NCBI GenBank assembly: GCA_025201805.1
Contig: MU619285.1
Coordinates: 147,317-211,316 of the forward strand
DNA length: 64,000 nucleotides
Source: Parasitella parasitica NRRL 2501
Lineage: Eukaryota > Fungi > Mucoromycota
Direction: 5' to 3'
The notes under the pieces were generated by a model. That model was not told where the DNA came from. It saw only the letters and a list, made by a program, of their open reading frames with translations, and searched no databases. The position numbers and the translations under genes were made by a program. Positions 52,285 to 64,000 of this stretch are shown piece by piece (within the stretch, counting starts at the first letter, position 1; every line of letters starts with the position of its first letter).

Positions 52285-54328
52285 CTAAAAGTTTAAAATG
52301 AGATCAATGGAGTTCTCGTCGCTAGTATCAGCTTCAGTTTCGATATGAATATCCTGTTCTTCAGACATATCTCGTATAACATCATCGTCTACCTTGACAA
52401 GCACGGTTTTTTTAGCATTTGTTGTAATTTTCCGAAGCACGTTCGAAATTGGTTTCTTGATATCCATTCGTTGAGAAATTTTCTCGATAAGCTCTTTTAC
52501 AGTCAAGTGTTCCAAATAAACGGCTCTGTAAACTTCACATGAATGATATTTGACCAATAAACTTAATTCTACATACATTTCCAAATGCTGTTAGTACGGC
52601 ATGTTTACAAAAAGCTGATTCGACTTACTTGCAATACGGCGTCTTTGCTGTGGTATATAGGTAGGATCAAGTCCAATAGGGGGGCCTCCTGGTAGATTTG
52701 CACAGGCAGATGTAAATGTATTGGTATCGTTGGAACCATGGCTCATGTTGCTGAAACTGCGCTTTGTAGGTACAGGAGGAGGTAAATGAATGTTATTGCT
52801 GCTTCCGGATGAGTGATGCACAGGATATCCTCCTCCAACAGGCGAAGGTGGGAGGACAGCTCTTTCTTCAAATAAAGGCTGTGATTGATGCTGATGATTA
52901 TCGCTGACTTCAGGAGGGACAATTTCTCCAAAAAGAGTGATGGGAGAGGTTGGAGAGAAAGCCAGCCATAGAGGATGTGGTTCGCCACTTTTACCACGGA
53001 GCTTCTCTAGTTGTCGTTCAATGTGTTTTGCATCGTCTTTATTCTTTCTTTCAGCACCCTATGTAAAATGTACGGGTGTAAGTTTGATCATGCATTAAGG
53101 CAAATCAACGAGAGCAAGAGTCCGGAAGCTTACCTTATCACGAAATAGTTTGATTCTACAGTATGTCTTTTCAAGCTGATGCTGATATTGACGTAAACTC
53201 TGTACAGCTGCAGTAGTCGCAGTAGCAGCTGACACTTGTTCACTTTCAATTTGTAACCGAAGGGGGATGCCTTTGACACCTTTGATTCTGGAGAAATCAG
53301 TAGATAGGCAATTAAAACGGATATGGACAGAGGCACCTAGTTTACCGTTCCATCGAAACGAAACACGATCAAACTGTCTCTCTTCGAGGGCATGAGCACC
53401 GCTCGATCTCGACAAATCTAATAGGCGTGTTTTTGTTAGCAGGAATAAAGTTTGCATATATTTGGCATACCTAATTCAACTGCTCTTGCATCTTCGGCAT
53501 CTTTCTGTTGTGTTAACCAGAACTTCCAATAATCCGATGCACTGATTCGATGGTTTTCGTCGTGAAAAGTGATTGAAACTGTGCTGGTAATTTCACCGTC
53601 ATATCGGTCTTTGTCTCTTAGGCTGATGTTGTAATACTGGCCTAATGGGATTATGTATAGTTTGGTTGGCTTGCGGTACGGCAAAAAATGTATATTATAC
53701 ATACCTTTATTGAGGTAAGTCAGAGGAGGTTCCTCTAATTTCTGAGATGCGGCAGTTGGAGCTTCTAATGCCACATCGTAGCGGATTACACTAAAGTAAA
53801 TAATGTGGTCAGTGGTACAAAATCAAAAATATTGTTTATATAACAACTCTCGCTCCCCAATGCAAGTTCTGCGTGGGTTACACGATTTTAAGTATCGTGC
53901 GCTTTTGATCGGATTACTTTCCGGATTACACAACGTACCTAGCATTATTGTTGCTTTGATTGATGCTATTTGCAGATAGACAATTAGCAGGTGGGGAAGG
54001 TGTAGATATTGATAGCATGGATTGATGAGTTGGATAGCTTTCCGTAAATGGACTGTAAGGTGATGATGATGCGAAGTGATTCAAAATCTGAGGACTTGAA
54101 AGTGGACTATTTATAGTTGAAGATGGGGAATGGTAATAATTGTATTGCGGTTGGTAGTAAAGTAATTGAGACGTGTGCTGGTGATGCTGCGTTGAATAAG
54201 ACGGGCTGCAAACGAAAGAAAGAGGGATTAGACCAAGACAACAATAATGAGCGCACATTTATATACCTGTCAGGAAACAAAGAGGCTGCTGTTGGCTCTG
54301 AAAAAGTTGATTGAGTGCTGCTTATCAT
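52285..54328 (-). CDS. CP2/Grainyhead-family transcription factor (multi-exon)
   Basis: LEAPTAA...EPPLTYLNKGQYY, FNCLSTDFSRIKGVKGIPLRLQI, YCRIKLFRDKGAERKNKDD, C-terminal YRAVYLEHLTVKELIEKI. Confidence 0.9.
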
Positions 54329-57300
54329 TGTTTATTGTGTAAAGCTGGTTTTAAGCTTGATGAAAAGAGAAGGAAAAATATAACGAGAAAATCCAAAACG
54401 TTTTTATGTGTCGAAGTCAATTAAACTCTAAATAATCGACAGCTGCTCCTTAATCATTTTGTAGTATATTTATTTTTATTTTTATTTTTGTCAACTGGAT
54501 TAATTTAAATATAAAGGGGTTGCCCTTTTTTTCTCGATCTTTGCTTCCAGCACAACTATGCCACCTTCAGCATTACTTTCAGAGCTCTTTGTTCAATTGG
54601 TAAGGCCTGAGCCAAAAATGAAATGTGCTCAAATGCAGTATGTAAACACTCATTCCAGATCATACAACAAGCAAATTGACGTGATTTTTAGGGAGAAAAT
54701 TTTTGCCATAGACCATCTTCCAATATGTTCTTTTTTTTCTTTTTGTCACTGAAAATCCTTAATTGTAATACAAAGACAGCATGGTCGGCATACCTAAAAA
54801 GTTTTTGATCAATGAATATATCTTTTGGACTCATTCTGTCAAAATAATCGCATGATTTTTCAATCATTGTGGCAGTGTACAAGGAAGCACAGACTTTCAA
54901 ATATCACCAATGTCTTTCGTGCTATTAACATTATTAATAAATTTATTAGACGTTGGAAGCACATGGCCGATCTCCAAGGCTTTTTTTCTTGGATCCTTGG
55001 GTCTCTTGTTTTGTTTCATTGTAACACCATTATTTTGTTTGCTTACAGGATGCTTTCAATTATGTTGCACCCCTCTCCTTCAAATAGTCTTTTTGAATCT
55101 AACTGAGAAAGTTTAATTTCTCAAATCATATGAGCTGGTAAAGGCTTTTTGTGTTGCAGTTTGTCATTAAAAAATCAATAATAGAAAGCGTGATGATATC
55201 ATTTACCATAAATTCTAGTAATTCATTCTAAATTGATAAGAGTCCTTTGCTTGGGAGGGTACCGTATCACAAACAAATTTAAAAAAAAAAGTCTTGTCTC
55301 TTTTCACAGAGCATAATATTGAAAGGTATATTATTATTTTTTTCCGATCAATTTTTTTGGCAAAATATGTTGTATACGGAATCATTTGTCCTATCTGCTG
55401 TGCATAGTATACTCGTTGTCACTACCTATTGTTATGTATTGCTGCAGGTTTCAAGTGTCTAGCAAAATCATTGACGAAAATGTAAGCCAAGTTGTTTCGC
55501 AGTTTATAATCAAAAGTAGCTGCGCTATCAATATCAAATTGGTCAAGATACACGATATTATATTGCTGATTTGGGAGGTTAGAATACAATTGTCAACCTT
55601 AAATCAGAAGAAATATCGACCCATTTTTCATCATTGATGGATAGAAAATATGCATTATAACGAATTGTATCTGGTTACTAAAAAGAATGAATTCATACAT
55701 TATGTTAACATTGTTCAGAAAAAATTGCGGTAAAGTTTGGTTGTCTACTATGTGCCTTTGTTGCTGTGATTGGTACTTTAACATTTGACCACCATTAATA
55801 ACCACAAAGCTTCAAGCATTAACAAGTTTCGCAATATTTGTCCAGGGCAGCCTAGTAAACGTCTAATAAACTTGGTCTATTACTGTATGTTAATTCAAAA
55901 TGTTAATATAGAGCACATTAATAAAAAAAAATCAACTGTTGCCGAATAGAAAAACATGATTTTAGGTAAATTATGCGCATGATTAAAGTAAAACTAGTCT
56001 GAAAACAAATGAGTGTGAATAGACAGCTTACTTGAAACAATAACAGCATATGAAGGTAAATAACTTTTCGTAACATCTAAAAGGAAGAAATGATCAAATT
56101 TTGACATGACATGTAAAGATAGTTTCTGATTTGTACATTAAACAAATGATTGTCTCTGTGGGAACCTTGCTTCATCTACAGTGGCCCAAATCCGGTGAGT
56201 GTTCTAGATTGCACGTTTCATGTGACATAAAAGTTTGTTTTTGGAAGGGTGCTCGAATAAAAAAGCGAAAGTACTGTAAACCATTTAAAGGAAGGTATCG
56301 TGCTTAAGGTTGCGTGTAACAAATAAACAGCTACGGGCTGTGTTTCACAAAGGATTCAAAAACTTTCCCAAAAATACAAAATGTATCAGGAACTGACTCA
56401 TCTTGATGAGATGTCTGATACCTGCACTGCAACATGATTTTGTTTCCGAGAGGGAGTACAAATGACTGATCATTTTCGTAGCAGAGAAGTATCACAAACA
56501 AATAATGGCCTTGGCCAATGCTGCTGAGCCTGCTGGTTCAAAGAAGCCCTTAATACATGGCTTAATTGTTTATCCATCTTAAACATAAAATATATAAAGG
56601 GCGGTATATATTGATTACACTTCTCAAGAGCGTCTTTTGCCATATTTGTCCAAACAACATACCGTCATCTTGATATGTACATTGAGCTTTTTAAACTCCA
56701 AATTGTGCTAATGCATAGGAAAGTATTTACTCGAAAATGCCAAAAAAAAACATTTTATCTGCACTCTTGAATGTGCGTTAGATTTTGGTCTGGAAACGTT
56801 GTTATATCGTCCTTGTAAACTGTAGAACACCATAAGTATGTGTAGCGAAAAAAAAAAGATTTACGTTGTACAAAGATTTAGCTATCCAGAGGTATTCAGG
56901 TCTATTTTAACAATTTTTCGTTGTACAAAATGAATTCCGTTTTGCTATATTTGAACATTGATCGAATATTATTATTATCATTTCATGTACGCGAGATATA
57001 TAACAAGAAGCAGGCATTGAGGCATAGACAATGCTAAGATGATTTACCTGACAGTCAACTGTGTATTAGATGTATCAAGCCCTTAAAGTTGATTGCACGG
57101 CAAATAGAAAATTGCAAAAAAGTTCTCTATTAAATAAGAAAATAAGGGTCAATTATGTGATGAAGGATGGCTGTATCGTCAAACTTCACGTGAGGTTGTG
57201 CTGGGGGCTTCCTTCTGATGCGATAAAGGTTGTGCGCCAAAAGAAAAAAAGAAAAAAGATTTGCACACCCCCTCGTAGTTTTCGCTATTCCACCCTTTTA

Positions 57301-57725
57301 CCTCTTTCTCTTTCTCTCTCTCTTTCTTTCCTCAAAATTTATTTATACTATTCCGGATAAACACATATCATTTTCTTCTACAAACTTTCAATTTCATCTT
57401 TTCAGTGAAAACAGCAAGAATTAGGATTTGAAAAATTCATTTTATTTCTGCAATTTTTTCAACCTAACCTCTGAAGAAAATTTGTAAGGATATCCTAAAG
57501 ATTGAACCCCTCTACAAAAAAAAAAGGTTCGAATCTCAATCAATTTCAACGACAAAAAGCAGCAAATTCTATTGAATCTGTTTTTCTTAAATTGTTGAAA
57601 AAACCAACAGATTTAATATGTATAAACGCGCTTTACCGTTGATTTTCAAACTAACTCAAATCTTTTTGTTGCTAGTTCTTTGTGTATTCGTTACCTCCTT
57701 TTTTTTTTCTTGAAAATTAATCGCA

Positions 57726-60010
57726 ATGTCAGTGTATAACCATCGTCCTATGGTGCCTGCGCCACAGAGCCGTGTCGTGGAAATGTTGGATTCGATACGA
57801 GGCGAATTTGACCAATTGGCTCAAGAGTTGTATGTTTGTAAGACTCAAAGAGATGACTTTGAACACAAGAGTAAAGTAGCCTGGTCAACTGGAATCGCAA
57901 GTGATGATTAACCAGATCATTTATATAGTGAATCAACAAATCTCTGAAATGAACAGTTTTCAGCAAAGTTTACTAGAGCTTGAACGTACTCAGCAAAGCC
58001 AAAAAAAACAGTAAGTTTATAATGATGCGCTGTCTGCTATCTATAGTAACGTTTGTCGCGTTTCTTGCTAGTTACGAGGATGAAATTGCTAGGCTTCGTC
58101 AACAGATTGAAAGCCGTGGTGGGCATCCTGGCATACCCTTATCTGGTCACCCTCAACAGCAGCCCCATCCTCAGCAACAGCAGCAACCACCTCATCCCCA
58201 ACAACAGCAACAATCACATCAACCACCTCCTCCCAACATTGGACCTGGCTCCAATTACTTTGGTGGCATTATGAATGCTCATGGTAATCAAGGGCCTCCA
58301 GGTCTTGTGGCGCCACCTCAAATGGCGGAACAATCGCCTAACGGCCCTCAACAAGTTCCTCCACCTCAGCATGGGGGTTATCCTTCATCTCAGCCTCCTC
58401 CACCTCAACCACCTTCGGCTGCCAGTTCGTCAGCCGCCGGCTACATGAATGGTGGTGCTAATCCTCCTCCATCACAACAGCAGCCACCTAATGCTGGGTA
58501 TGGTCAATCACCTAGTCGAGGTATACCCACACCACCAACTTCTGCTCACCCTCAACAGCAACAGCAACAGCAACCAAGGCAACAACAAGAATGGGGTAAT
58601 GGATACGGTGGAAATTACCCTAATCGCTCTGGTTCATCAGCAGCCCCTACTTCGTCTCAACATCCCCCTCAGCAACAAAATGAATCTCCAAATTTGAAGC
58701 GTAAATCTGCTTCATCTGTACCTACTCCACCTCAAAATGTAAATACTGCTATGGTACCTCGCGGTGCTGGTGCTCCACCCAACAATAAGATTGCTAGCCC
58801 TTCTACAACAAATGCACAACAACATGGAGGTTTAGCTGATGTAGATCCTGAAAGTGTACCAGCTAATATGAAAGTAGAAGGTCAAGATTGGTTTGCACTG
58901 TTTAACCCTAAAACATCTCGTCAACTGAAAGTGGATTTGGCCCATACCTTAGACCATCCTAGCGTTGTTTGCTGCGTTAAATTTAGTGCTGATGGTCGTT
59001 ATCTTGCTGCCGGCTGTAATCGTGCTACATTTATCTATGACGTTGCTACCTCACAAAGAGTTGCGTAAGTGTATTGTATGCCTATTTGAAAAGCTTTGTA
59101 TAGTGACATATCTGGTTATAGTGTTTTGCAGGACGACAATATCAAGATGGAAGGAGATTTGTATATTCGTTCTGTTTGCTTCAGTCCTGATGGCAATTAT
59201 CTTGCTACAGGAGCTGAAGATATGCAAATCAGAATTTGGGATATCCAAAAAAAACGGATCAGGAATATCCTTGTTGGTCATCAACAAGATATTTATTCTT
59301 TGGATTTTAGCCGCGATGGACGTATGATTGCATCTGGTTCTGGTGATTGTACAGCGAGAATTTGGAGCATGACAGACGGCAAATGTCTTCATGTACTTCG
59401 TATTACTGATCATGATCAAAAGGATCCTGGAGTGACGAGCGTTGCATTCTCACCTGATGGTCGTGTTATTGCTGCAGCAAGTTTGGATAAAATGGTCAGA
59501 ATTTGGGATACTCAATCTGGCGTACTATTCGAGAGATTAGAAGGCCATAAGGACAGTGTTTATTCTGTCGCCTTCATGCCAGATGGTAAAATGCTTGTGA
59601 GTGGTAGCTTGGACAAAACTCTTAAATTGTGGCAATTGGGAACAAACGAAGGTCGTGGGCTGGGTATGGATAGAGATAGAAGCAAAGGTCCTTGCAAAAT
59701 GACTTTTACTGGTCATAAAGACTTTGTTCTGTCAGTTGGGTGTACTCCTGATGGCCGTTGGGTTGTTTCAGGCTCTAAAGATCGGGGCGTACAGTTTTGG
59801 GATCCACGTACTGGCCAAACCCAATTCATGCTTCAGGGACATAAAAACTCTGGTAAGTCGTAATTACAGCATTTTTTATTGAATCATTTTTTTGAAATAC
59901 TCTTTTTAGTAATTTCTGTTGCCATCAGTCCATCGGGTAGACCTCTCTTCGCTACAGGTTCTGGTGATAATCGTGCCAGAATTTGGAGCTATGATCCTAT
60001 CAATGCTTAA
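57726..60010 (+). CDS. TUP1: General transcriptional co-repressor Tup1 (multi-exon)
   Basis: N-terminal [14 protein letters not shown] coiled coil, Q/P-rich linker, [63 protein letters not shown]. Confidence 0.96.
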
Positions 60011-60577
60011 AGTCTTTCTATATTCGCTGAATACATATCCTCTTTTTTTTTTAATTGTTTCTTTCATTCTTTATATTGTTTTCCTTTCTTTCAAGTGAAC
60101 TGATTTGCTCATTTACCCCTTTCATTTTTTTTTTTTATATATAATCTGTCTTGTGCTTGGAAAAAAAGGCTGAAACATCTACCTTTTTCTTTAATGCTTT
60201 CATCTTGTTTTTATTGTAAAGAAATGCTATATAAAATAACCATGTTTGCTCATTTGTTTGCTTGATTTTGTATTTTATCGTTTTTTGGAATTATCGAGGA
60301 TTTTTGTGTTCGATCTACCGTAAGCGTATACGAGACTGAAACATTTTATATTTGATTTGTTATGCAGTTTTTTACTTCTATAAACTGTCAAAGAATTCTC
60401 TTGCCGCATACGGTCGTATATACCTGATAAAAACTCACTCTTGATAACATCCGGCAATGATATGTGAGTGTAACTGTTTATTTATAAAGCATAGTTATGG
60501 CTGCAGAAATTATTTCCTAAATTTATTTATGGTTGCCTGGCTCAAGGGTGTTAAATTCCCCTAGTAATCTCGTGCAT

Positions 60578-61496
60578 TTAAGAGTGATATTTTGATTGAA
60601 ATAACGAGCATGGTTTGAAGTGATATTCCTGTGTGCGCTCTTCCTCATCCTCGTCTGTGTAACACTCAGTATCAGAATCTTCTGGTAGTTGTATAGGACC
60701 TTTTTCTTCATCAGTTTGTTCGGACTCATGATGAATGTAAATATAAAGAGCATAACATGCCAATAACCCAATTATCTACCCATTGATGAGATAAGCCTCT
60801 TATTGATTCAAATTCAATGACATTTACCTGAATTATTTTCACAACCCATAAACCAATGCCCCATAAAATTATAGTTGTTCCAAACATTTCTGATAAAATA
60901 GGATAACATGCCTTGATATCATCCACATTCTCTGTCAATATATAAGCAGGGTGATCAAAAATAGTGCTAAAACCTTGACAATGCCAAAGATTTTGAATAT
61001 TTTCCAATATAAACAAGCTATCTTTATATGTGGCTTGCCATGAGAGTTGCAATTGATCCATGATATAAGCCTCTTGATCTAGTAATGCAAGAGTAGCGTA
61101 TATCCATTGGATTACAATAAGTATAGTCAAAGGGGCAAAGTACTATAATATCAGACAATTTAATCACTCTATCAGCTACAAGTATGTTGTGTTTCTTACC
61201 CAATGAATATAAGTTGTACATGTCATCGCAAGACCAGCTGTATACAAGATGATAACGAGCAAATGAAGCCATTCTACTTGAATTTTAATAGACGGCATTA
61301 TTTCAACTGCCAGGTTACTGGAGTATTGTCGATCAAGAGAAAAATCGTCGCTGTAGATCACTTGCAGCATGAGTATTGCTGTAATACACTAGTGTATTTT
61401 AAGATTCTATAGACATTTAGCATTATATGAAAAGCTTACTGTTATGGAGAACAATGCAATGATAAACATCCATTTTCGGAGGCCGTATGAAATCAT
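60578..61496 (-). CDS. Tetraspanin-like four-TM membrane protein (multi-exon)
   Basis: Four hydrophobic segments; large loop with IQNLWHCQGF...ACY (CCG-like); acidic C-terminal tail; exon ends approximate. Confidence 0.55.
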
Positions 61497-61907
61497 TCCT
61501 GGATGTGGCAATATTGAAAAAAAGAAAGACAAAAGTTTTGACAACGAGGAAAAAAAATGTGAAATTAATCTTCATTCTTATATGCGCATTTTTTACATGT
61601 CTACATATCAAACATACGGTATGTTGATCAGAACTTGATCTGATTGATTGGAAATCAGGTTTCTGTTTGTATTATGGAACCCCCCCCCCCCTCATTTCGT
61701 TTGTACCCTGTTGTCATAAGAGCAGAAATAACATGCGGTGTCGCCATGATAACAGATCCATTAAATGCGAAGAAACTTGTTAGTAGTATCATCTCTCTAA
61801 TATATTTCTTCTTTTTTTTTGATGTTCGTTCCAAAATGATGATTTATTTTCATTTGGTGAATACTTGTTTGTAACTGTGGCAAATAAATTTTTTGAATAA
61901 ATTATTC

Positions 61908-62363
61908 CTAGGCTTTAGCAGAAAGGTTGACTTCAGGGTTGAAGAAAAGAGATTCTTTGCCCCAGAAGAAATCACGGGCACGGAAGTTGATATAAGGGTA
62001 CTTGACCCATTCCTTGGGGTGATGCTTTTGGTGTTCATGGTGAGCTTCGTAGAGATTATAGGCATTAAAACTGGCAGCAGCAAGACTATCGACATAAATT
62101 AGTACATTTTGCATACCAAAGTATGTATGAATTTACCAAGGGATAGTAACAAAGATGGAGATCTTCTTCCAAGTACCAGCAGCATCTATATATTTATTAG
62201 CATTGAATCATATCAAACATCGAGATCATTATTTACCAGCAGCATGATGTTTAATGGCATCACGTTCAGCAGTGAAACCACCATCAACAACAGTAGATTG
62301 GAAACGAACGCCAGCACGCTTGATAGAAGCAGTGACTTGAGAGTTGAGGATACGAGAAGCCAT
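61908..62363 (-). CDS. COX13: Cytochrome c oxidase subunit 6A (3 exons)
   Basis: Presequence RFQST, AERDAIKHHAA, TWKKIS, HHEH, YPYINFRARDFFWGKESLFFNP. Confidence 0.93.
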
Positions 62364-63171
62364 TTTTTATAAATAGAAGAGAGGGGAGAGAGTTTTTGTA
62401 TCAAGTCAATGGGAAGGGGAGATATCTATTGTTTTCATTACTTCCCCGCTTCAATTCGCTAATGATGTGCAAGCAAGGGATATTTCCCATTACGACGTCA
62501 CCTTTCTCAATTGTAAATCTCCATAGTATTATCAAGGCATCAAGCATGCAGTTGCCGACTGTTCATACGAATTATAGTCGATCAGTGTGTTGGAGTCTTT
62601 CACAATTGAATATCGCTCCAAAATTCTAAACCTGCGTGAGGTTAAATCCTTACAAAAAGTTACTTAAGTAGGTTACATTTATCGAAAATTGCGATTAACT
62701 CAGTGTTTAGGCATTTCCAAAGTTTCTTAATGTTTTCAAGTGATATAACATTTTTGAAAAGAATCTAAGATTAAAACAGAATTCTTACTGTGTAGAAAAA
62801 TGCGATATTCATTATTGCAGACTCCTTGGTGAATCGCGATACAAACAATTGAGTGGAAAGGCATTACAATGATCAAAAGTATTACGGGGAAAATATGCAC
62901 CACAATAATATATAATAATGAACAAGTGCAAAAAGATTGAATCAAGATTCACAACTTGATGACAAGGAAAGGATTGAGTAGAAGCAATTTAATAACCTTA
63001 AAACTGGGCACTTCCCGAATGTATGTACTAATGAAATTTTTTTGCCCTTTTTTTCTTTTTTTTTTAGTTGTTTTGATTTACTAGACTTTAAATGTATGGT
63101 AGTTGAAGTAGACATCAAACAACCAAGACAAATAAAACGTCTCACTTTTGATAAAAAAAGTGTAAAATAGA

Positions 63172-63244
63172 AGCCCTATGCGGGGGTCGAACCCGCAGCC
63201 TTGAGATTAAAAGTCTCACGCTCTACCGATTGAGCTAACAGGGC
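63172..63244 (-). tRNA. tRNA-Lys (anticodon TTT), intronless
   Basis: GCCCTGT TAGCTCAATCGGTAGAGC GTGAGA CTTTTAA TCTCA AGGCT GCGGG TTCGACC CCCGC ATAGGGC T cloverleaf; downstream oligo-T. Confidence 0.97.
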
Positions 63245-63505
63245 TTTTTGATGATTTTTGACATTTTAATTTATATATATATGTACATTCGTTTGCTGCT
63301 GTGCAAGTAATCAGAACGCTTCGTAAATTTCCTGGTTGCAATTAAATTGGAATCAATTTTATGTGAAAATAAAAAAAAACAAAAAAAATAAAGCCAGAGA
63401 AATACAATTATAGTCTTTCCGCCTTTATTTTCAATTAAAAGAAAACTGAAGAAGGGATACATACTCTGTAAGAGAGCTTGTATTTATTATACTACTTGTA
63501 AAAAA

Positions 63506-63994
63506 TGTTGTGCCAGGTCTTGAAAATGAGCACAGCAGGTGATTTTATGTGATATAAAATATAAGAATGTAATAAAGACTTCGTTTACCAGATACAAAAC
63601 TATTGATTTATTGATTGACAAGAAGCTGTCTATTCATATTAGAATAAATCTATCTAAATCAATCTATAAAATACAATCACACTACGGCCGAAGTAGTATG
63701 CACATTATTACCTTAATATGCCCAAGTGGGCATACCACTAAAGCCTAAGCTATTATGCACAGTGAATATGGTTAATAATACATTAATATGCACAATGTGC
63801 ATAATAGACAAAACAGCACATGTTGTTGTGCCAGTGTCAAAGGGCGCAGCGTAATGTTATGTAAATAAGATTTGTATAAAGTAATAAAGACTTTCTGAAT
63901 AAAACCAGATACAAAACTGAAGACTTTTATTGACACAAGATATGATCTCTATTTATACTAACATATATCCCAATCAATGTTTATCCACATAACA
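63506..63994 (+). repeat. Two diverged ~170-bp direct repeats (63506-~63675, 63824-63994), solo-LTR-like
   Basis: Both start TGTTGTGCCAG and share GTAATAAAGACTT and ACCAGATACAAAACT; the second ends CATAACA. Confidence 0.55.
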
Positions 63995-64000
63995 TCTGAT

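Noticed and set aside
56177-56280. TA-CAGTGG...TACTG-TA as a possible Tc1 MITE
   Set aside because: Inverted match is only 4-5 bp; insufficient evidence

Overview
Eukaryotic, AT-rich, intron-containing genomic DNA with short (~50-90 nt) GT-AG introns. Gene content and repeat types point to an early-diverging fungus, most likely Mucorales (inference). About 17 host genes are recognisable: Ctr copper transporter, ankyrin-DysF-MIT-FYVE protein, Skt5/Chs4-like Sel1 protein with a CaaX box, ankyrin-DIL protein, PRKRIP1, WDR70, COG4, a possible Nse5/SIMC1-like protein, BTB-BTB-CAP-Gly protein, D-lactate dehydrogenase, beta-COP, DHFR, a head-to-head ATP16/ATP2 pair, a CP2/Grainyhead factor, TUP1, a tetraspanin-like protein and COX13. 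There is also one tRNA-Lys(TTT). Between the genes lie DNA-transposon islands. (1) A 5.9-kb TA-flanked element (39582-45487) has 805-bp, nearly identical inverted arms, each being the 5' end of a dead Tc1/IS630 transposon, enclosing ~4.3 kb of cargo. (2) A MULE (24794-27264) with TIRs and an 8-bp TSD sits inside a host ORF whose reading frame is restored when the element is removed. (3) Three diverged pseudogenes of a PD-(D/E)xK (restriction-endonuclease-fold)-like family occur, all in transposon context. A 700-N assembly gap lies at 43418-44117. Exon boundaries were read by eye and no database searches were run.
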